Source: Armatimonadota bacterium
GTDB taxonomy: Bacteria; Armatimonadota; Fimbriimonadia; Fimbriimonadales; GBS-DC
Assembly: GCA_037445735.1 (NCBI GenBank)
Contig: JBBIJY010000021.1
Span: forward strand, 1 to 51,351
Length of the DNA stretch: 51,351 nt
Direction of reading: 5' to 3'
Shown here: positions 17,417 to 29,078 of the stretch, piece by piece
How positions within the stretch are numbered: the stretch's first letter is position 1
Layout: the number at the start of each line of letters is the position of its first letter
Made by a program: the position numbers and the translations under genes
The notes under the pieces: generated by a model
The model's database searches: none
What the model was told of the DNA's origin: nothing
What the model saw: the letters and a program-made list of their open reading frames with translations, nothing else

Positions 17417-20323
17417 CTACGAACATCCACTCCCGAAGTTGAACAGCACGATGAGCAGGTCTGTATCATCCACGATGCCATCGCCGTTCAGGTCTTCGGG
17501 CAGCCCCGTGCCTGACTGACCGAAGGCGAACAGCACGCGCAGGAGATCGCTATCGTCCACACAGCCGTCGCCGTCCACATCGCCTGCACAGCGGGCTGGC
17601 GGCTCAAAGCGCAAGCCGTCCACCCACAGGGTAAAGCCGTAGCCCCATGTGTCGGCATGGATTTCGATGGCGTTGATGTTGTCCAGCGACACTGTGCCCG
17701 ATTGCGTGCGTTGCCAGATGGCATCCCCGCTCAACGGGATGACGAACTCCCGCCACTGCCCGATGGCGTCGTTCAGCACATCGGTGATTGGGCGCAGCTC
17801 GATGTAGCCCTCACCACTGTAAAGCCGAATCCATGGGGAACGCTCCTGAAAGCCGCCGTTGGGGTTAATCGCATAGCAATCAAGGCGGATGAACTGCACG
17901 CTGCGCAGATCCCAGCGAGCCAGCTGGTTGCCCGGGTAGCGGAGCCAGGTGTCGAACCCGCTGGTCGTCTCCAGGCGAATGGAGCTGCTGCCCACCCGTC
18001 GGCGCGTGGTGTCGTTGACCACCTGCGCGTTGCCCTCGATAGTGCCCGCTTTCCAGTCGGTGGCGTTGTTCTCGGTCAGCTCGGCAGGTGGACAGTGCTG
18101 AACCGGGCCGCCCAGGCGCAGTCGCCGCTCAAAGGTCGCCACATCGGTCTGACCCTGCCAGTACGCCACATTCACTTCGGGCAGATCGAGCCATGCGTAG
18201 TCGCTGAAGCCGTCATACTCCACCTTCATCAACAGCACGCCGTTCGTGCCCACCACATCGATGTAGCCGAAGGGATTGGGGCGCAGACAGTCGCCGTTAT
18301 AGGCGCAGGGCGCAAGGGTGGGATCTATTGGCACATTCGGTAGGGTGTAGATGCCGTTCGCATCGGTGAAGCCTTGCGCCTTCACCTGTGGCGTGAGCAC
18401 CTCGCCCAGCCCCGGACGCAGGCAACGCTGATAGACCGTGACCCGTGCATTCGCCAGCGGCTGACCATCCTGCCCGATAAAGCGCATCCGCACCGTCTGC
18501 GGCACCGAGTAGAGATACTGCCCGTAGTAGCCGTGCGCCTTGCCGTACCAGTGGCGCATCGCCAGCGCACTGTGCGCCGACAGGAACGGCGAGACCCCAT
18601 TCATCAGGCACGCCACCGTGCGATACATCTGCCCGTTCACCTGATTATATGCGGGGTCTATATTCAGGCGATAGAGGTCGATCAGCCCCAGCTGATGCCC
18701 CATCTCGTGCAGCAGCCCATAATCGATATCGTCGGCAGGGCTGTAGTAGCCCGCCTGACGCAAATTGCCATCTCCCGCCCGAAAGCGGAACGGGAATATC
18801 GCAAAGTAAATCGTCTCGATATTCGGGTCGGGATCGCTGTCCAGCAGGGTGTCCAGCACCTCATAATGCACACGCTTGGGCGAGCCTGCCACCGCAAACA
18901 TCGCGTTGAAGCGAGCCATATGATGCTGGAGCCAGTCCAGAAAATCGTTCGTGACGGCGCTGGGGTAGTTGCGGCTCTGCTCCCGAAAATCCTCTATATA
19001 AGAAGCATCCACATAGGTGAGAAAGCCCACCGACTTCGCATACACGGCGAGCGAGTTGTTCGCGGGGCGCGAATCGTTCACATCCAGCACGAAGCGAATC
19101 TCGTGGTCCCCATCGTCCCAGACGCGGTTGAGGCTGAAAGTGCGCTTCTGCCAGGGCGACAGCACAAGCGTGAGCGTCTCCTGATGGACCGGTGTGCCAT
19201 CCACCAGCCAGCGGATGGTGACCACGCCGTTGAAGATGTTCGTGCCGCGATTGCGCACAGTGGCGGTATAGGTGACGGTGGAGCCGATAGTCGGCCAGCG
19301 CGGCGTGTTCGCATCCTGACCGCTACCCAGCCCTGTCGCGACGCTGAAAATGTAGGGACCGAACCCCGACGGCTCCGTGACTTCACGCACCTCATAGAGC
19401 GGGTCATAACGCGGGAAACGCGGCGTGCGTGCAATGCTCACCACCTGCAGGTCGGTCTCATCGTACGGCGTGCGCGGACCGATAGAGTTGACCTGCGTGG
19501 AGAGCGCACCGCTGGTCAACCGCACCGCGACCGCATAGTAATAGCTGGTTCCGTTGAGCGCGCTCGTGTCCACATAGCGGGTCTGCGTGCGATACGGGAT
19601 CACCGCGATGGGCGTCATCCCCTCCACGCTGCTGAACGGCTGAGTTGAGCGATAGACCTCATACTGCTGGAAGGTGGGATAGCTCACCGCCTGCCAGTAG
19701 AGCGCAACCCTGTGATTGCCCGCAATCGCCATCTGATAGGTGGGCGGAAAGATGGGCAGATCAAAGCGCAAGCCATCAAGCCAGAAGCGGAACCCGCTGT
19801 CCCATGTGTCGGCATGAATCTCGATCCAGCGCACGCGGCTCAGGTCGGGATTGCCCACGCGCGTGGTGCGCCAGATTCCGTAATCGGTGAACGGCACACG
19901 CAACTCCTGCCACTGCCCTATCGCCTCGTTCAGCACATCATAGCGTGGCTGAATGCGCAGGTAGTCGCTGACCGTCGTGTAGAGAACAATAGTGGGCGAA
20001 AAGTTTTGAAAGCCAGGATTGGGATTTTCCGCATAGATCCAGAACGCCATCCCGCCGATGTTGCTGAAGTCCCAGCGGGCGTTGCGGTCGATGGGCGCGA
20101 AAAGCCAGGTGTCGAAGCCGCCATCAGTAGTAAACAGCAGCGATGCCCTGCCGACCCGCACCCGCGCGGTGCTATCCTGCACGCTGGCGGATGCAGCCTC
20201 CGCCCCAACGCCCCACCGATACGCGCTGAACTCGGTCAACTCATCTGGCGCGGGCACCGACTGCGCCAGACAGATGCCCACCGTGCATGCCGTCAGCCAT
20301 AACAAACCCGAAACCTTGTGCAT
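17417..20323 (-). CDS. Large secreted putative zinc metallopeptidase with duplicated beta-sandwich domain, FN3/CARDB-like modules and dockerin-like C-terminus
   Basis: Signal peptide from ATG 20323; HEMGHQLGLIDLY (HExxHxxGxxD); two internal repeats ending IEIHADTW..GF..W.DGLRF; C-terminal ...NFGSGCS. Confidence 0.75.
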   Translation of the reverse strand: MHKVSGLLWLTACTVGICLAQSVPAPDELTEFSAYRWGVGAEAASASVQDSTARVRVGRASLLFTTDGGFDTWLFAPIDRNARWDFSNIGGMAFWIYAENPNPGFQNFSPTIVLYTTVSDYLRIQPRYDVLNEAIGQWQELRVPFTDYGIWRTTRVGNPDLSRVRWIEIHADTWDSGFRFWLDGLRFDLPIFPPTYQMAIAGNHRVALYWQAVSYPTFQQYEVYRSTQPFSSVEGMTPIAVIPYRTQTRYVDTSALNGTSYYYAVAVRLTSGALSTQVNSIGPRTPYDETDLQVVSIARTPRFPRYDPLYEVREVTEPSGFGPYIFSVATGLGSGQDANTPRWPTIGSTVTYTATVRNRGTNIFNGVVTIRWLVDGTPVHQETLTLVLSPWQKRTFSLNRVWDDGDHEIRFVLDVNDSRPANNSLAVYAKSVGFLTYVDASYIEDFREQSRNYPSAVTNDFLDWLQHHMARFNAMFAVAGSPKRVHYEVLDTLLDSDPDPNIETIYFAIFPFRFRAGDGNLRQAGYYSPADDIDYGLLHEMGHQLGLIDLYRLNIDPAYNQVNGQMYRTVACLMNGVSPFLSAHSALAMRHWYGKAHGYYGQYLYSVPQTVRMRFIGQDGQPLANARVTVYQRCLRPGLGEVLTPQVKAQGFTDANGIYTLPNVPIDPTLAPCAYNGDCLRPNPFGYIDVVGTNGVLLMKVEYDGFSDYAWLDLPEVNVAYWQGQTDVATFERRLRLGGPVQHCPPAELTENNATDWKAGTIEGNAQVVNDTTRRRVGSSSIRLETTSGFDTWLRYPGNQLARWDLRSVQFIRLDCYAINPNGGFQERSPWIRLYSGEGYIELRPITDVLNDAIGQWREFVIPLSGDAIWQRTQSGTVSLDNINAIEIHADTWGYGFTLWVDGLRFEPPARCAGDVDGDGCVDDSDLLRVLFAFGQSGTGLPEDLNGDGIVDDTDLLIVLFNFGSGCS

Positions 20324-20400
20324 GTCAATCTCCCCGCAGCTATAGAATACCCCCGCCGACCACCGAAAGCCGTCGGGTACAATACCTGCTGGAGGCAATT

Positions 20401-20787
20401 ATGGAGGTTCCGAGCGAACTGCGCTATTCCCGCACCGACGAGTGGGTGCGCGTGGAAGGAGATGAAGCCGTTATCGGCATCACCGATTACGCCCAGTCGG
20501 AGCTGGGCGATATCGTCTATCTGGAGCTGCCCGAAGTGGGACGCTACCTGCAACAGGAGGAGCCGTTCGGCGCCATCGAATCGGTGAAGGCTGCCTCCGA
20601 CCTCTACGCACCCATCGAAGGCGAAGTGGTGGCGGTCAATAACGCCCTGCAAGCCGCCCTGGAGACCATCAACGAGGACCCGTACGGCAGGGGCTGGCTC
20701 ATCCGCATCCGCATGAAAGACCCTTCGCAACTGGACACCCTGCTGTCCGCCGAAGAGTACCGACGCTTCCGCAACATTGAAGATTAG
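20401..20787 (+). CDS. gcvH: Glycine cleavage system H protein
   Basis: GITDYAQSELGDIVY, IESVKAASD (lipoyl-Lys), INEDPYGRGWL. Confidence 0.97.
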   Translation: MEVPSELRYSRTDEWVRVEGDEAVIGITDYAQSELGDIVYLELPEVGRYLQQEEPFGAIESVKAASDLYAPIEGEVVAVNNALQAALETINEDPYGRGWLIRIRMKDPSQLDTLLSAEEYRRFRNIED

Positions 20788-20789
20788 CT

Positions 20790-24268
<3,479 letters not shown>

Positions 24269-24280
24269 CCTGCGCCCCGT

Positions 24281-24904
24281 TCAGCTGTAATCGCGGATGA
24301 GACCGATCACCTTGCCGATAATGCGCACTTCGTCGGCGCGGGCGTGGATGGGCGCATAGGCGGGATTCGCCGACTCCAGACGAATCCCATCACGCTCCAC
24401 ATAGAACCGCTTGATGGTCGCCTCCTCGCCAATCAGCACCGCCACCAGCTCGCCATTATAGGCGGTCTGCTGCGGCTTGATAATCACCAGATCGTTGGGC
24501 AGGATATGCTCGCCCACCATACTGTCGCCCCTGACCCGCAGCACGAAAGCGTTCTCCAGATTGCGCACCAGACTGGCGGGCACAGGGATGAAGTCTTCGA
24601 TGTTTTGCTGGGCTAAGATGGGCGTGCCAGCGGCGATGGTGCCAAGCAGGGGTAAATAGCGCACAGGCTCCCGATGCGGCTGATAGTCGGGATGCACGAT
24701 ACGGATGGAGCGCGCCTGACTGCTGCGGATGATGTAGCCTTTACGCTGAAGCGCATCCAGCAACAACGCCACACCCCGCAGGCTCTTGACCGCGCCGACC
24801 TGCTGCTGAATCTCCCGCAGCGTCGGCGGATAGCCATGCTCCTGCGTGTAGCGCACGATAAACTCCAGAACTGCTCTTTGCGACTGTGTTAAACCCTTCG
24901 CCAT
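24281..24904 (-). CDS. lexA: SOS transcriptional repressor LexA
   Basis: GYPPTLREI HTH, IAAG cleavage site, VRGDSM catalytic Ser, ATIKRF catalytic Lys. Confidence 0.96.
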   Translation of the reverse strand: MAKGLTQSQRAVLEFIVRYTQEHGYPPTLREIQQQVGAVKSLRGVALLLDALQRKGYIIRSSQARSIRIVHPDYQPHREPVRYLPLLGTIAAGTPILAQQNIEDFIPVPASLVRNLENAFVLRVRGDSMVGEHILPNDLVIIKPQQTAYNGELVAVLIGEEATIKRFYVERDGIRLESANPAYAPIHARADEVRIIGKVIGLIRDYS

Positions 24905-24940
24905 CGGCTACAACCTCCTGTTTTTATCGCTTCTGGGTTG

Positions 24941-24963
24941 GGTTCCCCCAATCTGGGGGAACC
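24941..24963. promoter_or_regulatory. Perfect 10-bp inverted repeat upstream of lexA
   Basis: GGTTCCCCCA-atc-TGGGGGAACC; function unknown. Confidence 0.4.
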
Positions 24964-25053
24964 ACATTAACGACACTCTACTCCGCTCGGAACAGCAGAT
25001 GGAGCGGTGGCTCCGAATCGCATGGATATTTTACTCCACATTTGTCTACCCCC

Positions 25054-25140
25054 ATCGGTCGCGTCGACACCAACTGTGACGGCGTGGTGGATGATGCCGA
25101 CCTGCTCGTGGTGCTGTTCAACTTCGGCAGCGGGTGTTAA
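25054..25140 (+). pseudogene. Orphan 3' fragment of a dockerin-like-tagged gene
   Basis: IGRVDTNCDGVVDDADLLVVLFNFGSGC*: second repeat only, with no credible start or first repeat upstream. Confidence 0.7.
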
Positions 25141-25148
25141 TCCTGCGT

Positions 25149-25174
25149 GGGAGCCGGCATACATGTCGGCTCCC
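25149..25174. terminator. Stem-loop between the convergent fragment and the mer operon
   Basis: GGGAGCCGGCA-taca-TGTCGGCTCCC; no clear U tract. Confidence 0.45.
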
Positions 25175-25222
25175 CCTACGGGGCATAGCGCCCCTGTCAT
25201 GCCTGCCCATGAAGCTCTTATC

Positions 25223-25780
25223 CTATTGGCAGCAGCCGCCCCGGCTGGTAGCCCGCGATGAGCGCTGCTCTGGCGCTTTCACTGGCGCAAGCGCGCCACC
25301 TGCCCTGCGAACCGCTTCCTCCAGCTCGGTGTAGCGCACTCGCGCATCACGCTTGAAGGTGATCAGGAGCGTGTTCTTCTCCCTGTCGACCTTCTCCACT
25401 CCGTCGATCCTGGCGAGCGCCTCTGCGACTTTGCGGGCGTCGCCCTTCTGAAGGCTCAGTGTAAGACAGGCAGAGAAGGGGTTCCTGCCGAGATGTGGAG
25501 TCGCTGCCACTGTAAGCACCACACGCGAGACAGGAATGACCGCCTCATCGTACCGCACGATCACGGTAGCTGTCTGCAGATCGGCTTTTGCCTCCAGCAC
25601 GCCCTCTGCCTGACGGAGACCCTTGACGACATCCGCACTGCAGCCTTCACAGCGCATGCCGTTCACCCTCAGAACCACCACGCGCACATCGGGACCGGGC
25701 TGAGTCAGTAGCCCAATAAGCGCGATTCCAAGCAATCCAGCGACCGCAGATCCAATTGGAAGCATCGGCTTCATCTTCAT
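25223..25780 (-). CDS. MerP-like heavy-metal-associated (HMA) protein with N-terminal signal/anchor
   Basis: SD AGGAGG, hydrophobic N-terminus, GMRCEGC metal motif, second Cys-less HMA-like repeat, C-terminal GGCCQ. Confidence 0.78.
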   Translation of the reverse strand: MKMKPMLPIGSAVAGLLGIALIGLLTQPGPDVRVVVLRVNGMRCEGCSADVVKGLRQAEGVLEAKADLQTATVIVRYDEAVIPVSRVVLTVAATPHLGRNPFSACLTLSLQKGDARKVAEALARIDGVEKVDREKNTLLITFKRDARVRYTELEEAVRRAGGALAPVKAPEQRSSRATSRGGCCQ

Positions 25781-25867
25781 CAACCTCCTATCCCATAAGC
25801 TCGCCCTGTACAACAAGGCGGCACCGTTAGATACACAAACCACCCACACACCGTGTGTGGGCGCAAC

Positions 25868-26506
25868 TTACTGACAGCACGGATGAGGCTGCAACTCCAC
25901 CGTTGTGTTCGGCTGGGAGATTGGTCCCATCTTTGCCGGGAAACCCGCCTGCTGCAGCGCGGTGTGGAGCGCTGGAGGCTGTATCTGCCTGGGATCATAG
26001 CGGACAAGCACCTGGCGCTTAGCGATGTCAACATCCACCTGATGCACACCAGGAACGGTTCGTAGCCGCTGAGTTATGAGTGCGGCACAGGATTGACACG
26101 CGATTCGGTCTACCCGAAATGTCACGGTTTGCAGCGAGGTGGATGCAGCCGCCGGTACCGATGCCTGCGCAGCGTGCCGCAAAAGAAGCGGCGGCGCCAG
26201 CAAGGAGAACAAAACCCACAGGGTGATCAGCCATAGCACCGCCTTCTGGAAGCGTTTCGTGGTGGAAGTGGGCACGGCACAACAATCGGCAGGCGCCCGT
26301 TGCGGACGATAGGTGAAGTAGAACGCCATGCCCAGAAACGCGAAGGTCAAGCCAATCAGATAGGGGCGAAACGGCTCCAGAGCAGTGCCCAGCCCCAGTG
26401 CACCTGCGCTTGCGCCACTCAGTAAAAGCGGGATCCAGCAGCAGGCAGACGAGAGACCCGCTGCAAGCAGCGCCCCTGCATACGCGATTATGGTTCGCAT
26501 CATCAT
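25868..26506 (-). CDS. merT: Mercuric transporter MerT fused to an HMA domain
   Basis: SACCWIPL in TM1, LEPFRPYLI, cytoplasmic DCCA, then IACQSC HMA motif; C-terminal HPCCQ. Confidence 0.85.
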   Translation of the reverse strand: MMMRTIIAYAGALLAAGLSSACCWIPLLLSGASAGALGLGTALEPFRPYLIGLTFAFLGMAFYFTYRPQRAPADCCAVPTSTTKRFQKAVLWLITLWVLFSLLAPPLLLRHAAQASVPAAASTSLQTVTFRVDRIACQSCAALITQRLRTVPGVHQVDVDIAKRQVLVRYDPRQIQPPALHTALQQAGFPAKMGPISQPNTTVELQPHPCCQ

Positions 26507-26521
26507 CCCTCCAGTCACGGT

Positions 26522-27928
26522 TTATTCAGCGCAACAGGATAGCTTGCTGACATCCTTGCGGAATGCCAGCGCCGCTATTTTGATCGACTCCGACAGGGTG
26601 GGATAGACGAAGAGCGTGTCGATCAAATCGTCCAGGGTCATGCGGGCGCGAAGTGCCAGCGCCGCGATATGGATGATCTCCGCCGCATTGGGCGCCAGCA
26701 TCGAAACGCCCAGCAAGCGGTCGGTGCCCTGCTCCACCACCATCTTGATCAGCCCGCGCGTATCGCGAACGGCGGCGGCGCGCGGTACCTGCTCCATCGA
26801 AACGACACGACACTGACAGCGGTAGCCGCGCTGAACCGCCTCAGCATCGGTCAAACCCACCATCGCGATCTGTGGATCGGTGAACACGGCGCGCGGAATC
26901 ACCGTGTAGTCCATCGGCTGCGACGCGCCGCCAAAGGCGTTGCGGGCAACCAGGGCGCCCGCATGGGCACCAACCGGCGTCGCCATCTGACCATCGATCA
27001 CATCGCCCGCTGCCCAGATGTGGGGCACATTCGTGCGCAAATAGTCATCCACTCTGATGAACCCCTGCGCACTGGTCTCAACACCTGCCGCCTTCAGATT
27101 GAGCTGATCGGTGTTCGGGCGTCGACCAACCGCAACGAGCAGGCGGCACGCCTCAAAGCGCCCCTTGGTGGTGTGCAGGATCACCCCGCGCGGCGACCGC
27201 TCCACACGCTCCACCTGTGTGCCCGTCTGAATCGCGATGCCCTCTTCACTCAGCAGATGCTGAAGGCTCAGGCTGATCTCCGGCTCATAGTTCGGGATAA
27301 CCCGATCCAGCATCTCGATGATGGTGACCTGACTGCCCAGCCGCGCGAACATCTGCCCCAATTCGAGCGCAATGAAGCCGCCGCCAATAATTGCCAGGCT
27401 CGGTGGCAGCTCCGTCAGCCTGACGGGTTCGTCAGCGTCCAGCAAATCGCTGGTGAGCGCATCCACCTCGTTCAAACCCGGTATGGGGGGCAGCATGGGG
27501 CGCGAGCCAGTTGCAATCAGAATCTGCTCCACTTCCACAGGCTCACCGTCCACCTCAACTGTGTGCGGGTCCACAAACTGCGCATGCCCTTTCCAGACGC
27601 GCATATGTGCGCTCTCATCGGCGATGCTGAGATACTTCTTCTGGCGCAGTTCACGCACGATTTCGTCCTTCTGGGCGATCAGCTCACGGAAGTCAACGCG
27701 CTCCTGACGGGTGTAAATGCCCGCAAAGCGGAGGTGTCCCGCCAGATGCCACAGGTGCGCCGCCTCGATCAGGTTCTTGCTGGGCACACAGCCCCGATTC
27801 ACACAGGTACCCCCAATCGTGCGCTCCTCCACCATCAGCACCCGCTTGCCATACTCCGATGCCTTGATGGCTGCCGCGAACGCCGTCGAGCCGGAACCGA
27901 GTATCAGAAAGTCCACTTTTGACATCAT
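26522..27928 (-). CDS. merA: Mercuric reductase (core only, no NmerA)
   Basis: GSGSTA FAD site, GGTCVNRGCVPSK redox disulfide, YPTLSE, C-terminal LSCCAE. Confidence 0.95.
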   Translation of the reverse strand: MMSKVDFLILGSGSTAFAAAIKASEYGKRVLMVEERTIGGTCVNRGCVPSKNLIEAAHLWHLAGHLRFAGIYTRQERVDFRELIAQKDEIVRELRQKKYLSIADESAHMRVWKGHAQFVDPHTVEVDGEPVEVEQILIATGSRPMLPPIPGLNEVDALTSDLLDADEPVRLTELPPSLAIIGGGFIALELGQMFARLGSQVTIIEMLDRVIPNYEPEISLSLQHLLSEEGIAIQTGTQVERVERSPRGVILHTTKGRFEACRLLVAVGRRPNTDQLNLKAAGVETSAQGFIRVDDYLRTNVPHIWAAGDVIDGQMATPVGAHAGALVARNAFGGASQPMDYTVIPRAVFTDPQIAMVGLTDAEAVQRGYRCQCRVVSMEQVPRAAAVRDTRGLIKMVVEQGTDRLLGVSMLAPNAAEIIHIAALALRARMTLDDLIDTLFVYPTLSESIKIAALAFRKDVSKLSCCAE

Positions 27929-28314
27929 GCCTTTTCGCCTCCTGCAGAAGGGGACAACCGCTCCACCAGCAGGCGAATCGTTCCCTCCAGATGCCTGTTG
28001 CGCAGATAGTAGCAGGCGAACTTGCCCTCCTTACGCACTTTCACCAGACCCGATAGCGATAGAATCCGCAGGTGGTAGGAGATGGCAGGTGGGGAGCTAT
28101 CCAGCAGGGTCGCCAGCTTGCACACACAGAGCGGCTGCTGAGTCAGCGCGTACAGAATGCGCAGGCGCACAGGGTCCGCCATCGCCTTCAACAGTAACGC
28201 GGCGCCCTCAAAGGTCTCGTCCGACGGCATCTGGCGAGCAACGCGCTGCACCCGCGTCGGATCCTCGTTATAAGCCTCACACACAATCTCTTCAATCGGT
28301 CGCCTTCGGCTCAT
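27925..28314 (-). CDS. ArsR/SmtB-family metalloregulator
   Basis: KAMADPVRLRIL, LCVCKLA, ISYHLRIL...GLV; N-terminal Cys. Confidence 0.92.
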   Translation of the reverse strand: MSRRRPIEEIVCEAYNEDPTRVQRVARQMPSDETFEGAALLLKAMADPVRLRILYALTQQPLCVCKLATLLDSSPPAISYHLRILSLSGLVKVRKEGKFACYYLRNRHLEGTIRLLVERLSPSAGGEKA

Positions 28315-28329
28315 CGATTCTTCTCCTCC

Positions 28330-28357
28330 AAACGATTGTACGAATGCTTAATCGTTT
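28330..28357 (-). promoter_or_regulatory. Putative ArsR operator overlapping the -10 box of the mer operon
   Basis: AAACGATT-N12-AATCGTTT inverted repeat; the minus strand reads TACAATcgtttGGAGGagaagaatcgATG. Confidence 0.7.
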
Positions 28358-28425
28358 TGGTTCCATCGAAAAGGGGCAATTCCCCTGCTGGATTTGCTGG
28401 ATTCAGGCTTGATCGCTGTGCTTTT

Positions 28426-29076
28426 TCAGACCCAGCCCCACTCTTTCAACACATCCCACACCGGCGGCTGGCTCCAGAGCCACTCCACCCGCAGCCAGAA
28501 ACCCTCCAGCACGCGGCTGGAGTAGACCCCTGAAGAACCCGCAAAAGCAATCTGATAGGTGCCGTCCTCGCCCATCTGCGCAAACTCTGCCTGCCTGCGC
28601 TCCGGGTCAATAATCCAGTATTCGGGCACGCCTGCCGCTTCGTAAGAGTAGAACTTCTCACCCCGATCGATATTCCGACTCTCTTTGCTGACAATCTCCA
28701 CCACCAGATCGGGCGCTCCATCAAAATAGGTGCGCTGGAGGCGGTCTAAATGTTCGGGCAGGATGACAATCAGGTCGGGTTCGCGCACCTCCTGCTCGCC
28801 GTCGGGCAAGGTCAGCCTCACAGCGAAGGGCGGATGATACACCACACCGCCAGACCTGTGCCGCTCCACCCAGTGCTTCACAATTGTCACCAGAAAGCTA
28901 TTGCAGTCCTGATGCATTTTTGAGACTGGCATCTTTATCCTCACTTTGTTGCCGACCAGCTCGGCGTGGATATCTTCCTGCTCCCAGTTAAGAAACTCCT
29001 CCACGCTCATCTCAGCAGGAATAGCCTCAACAGGTGTTCTCATTATATCACCCACCTTCGTGATACCCTCCAGCAC
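28426..29076 (-). CDS. Uma2 (DUF820) PD-(D/E)xK endonuclease-family protein
   Basis: REPDL, GAPDLVVEIVS, DRGEKFYSYEAAGVPEYWIIDP. Confidence 0.92.
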   Translation of the reverse strand: MLEGITKVGDIMRTPVEAIPAEMSVEEFLNWEQEDIHAELVGNKVRIKMPVSKMHQDCNSFLVTIVKHWVERHRSGGVVYHPPFAVRLTLPDGEQEVREPDLIVILPEHLDRLQRTYFDGAPDLVVEIVSKESRNIDRGEKFYSYEAAGVPEYWIIDPERRQAEFAQMGEDGTYQIAFAGSSGVYSSRVLEGFWLRVEWLWSQPPVWDVLKEWGWV

Positions 29077-29078
29077 AC

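Noticed and set aside
24886-25053. N-terminal part of the 84-aa ORF as a real gene
   Set aside because: Overlaps the lexA start and upstream region, has no SD or signal peptide; only the last 28 codons are recognisable.
25843-25862. Palindrome CCCACACA-ccg-TGTGTGGG as a mobile-element end or CRISPR repeat
   Set aside because: Single copy within an operon; most simply an mRNA stem-loop.
26522-27928. Dihydrolipoamide dehydrogenase (given the nearby gcv genes)
   Set aside because: C-terminal CC, YPT in place of HPT, and the merT context indicate MerA.
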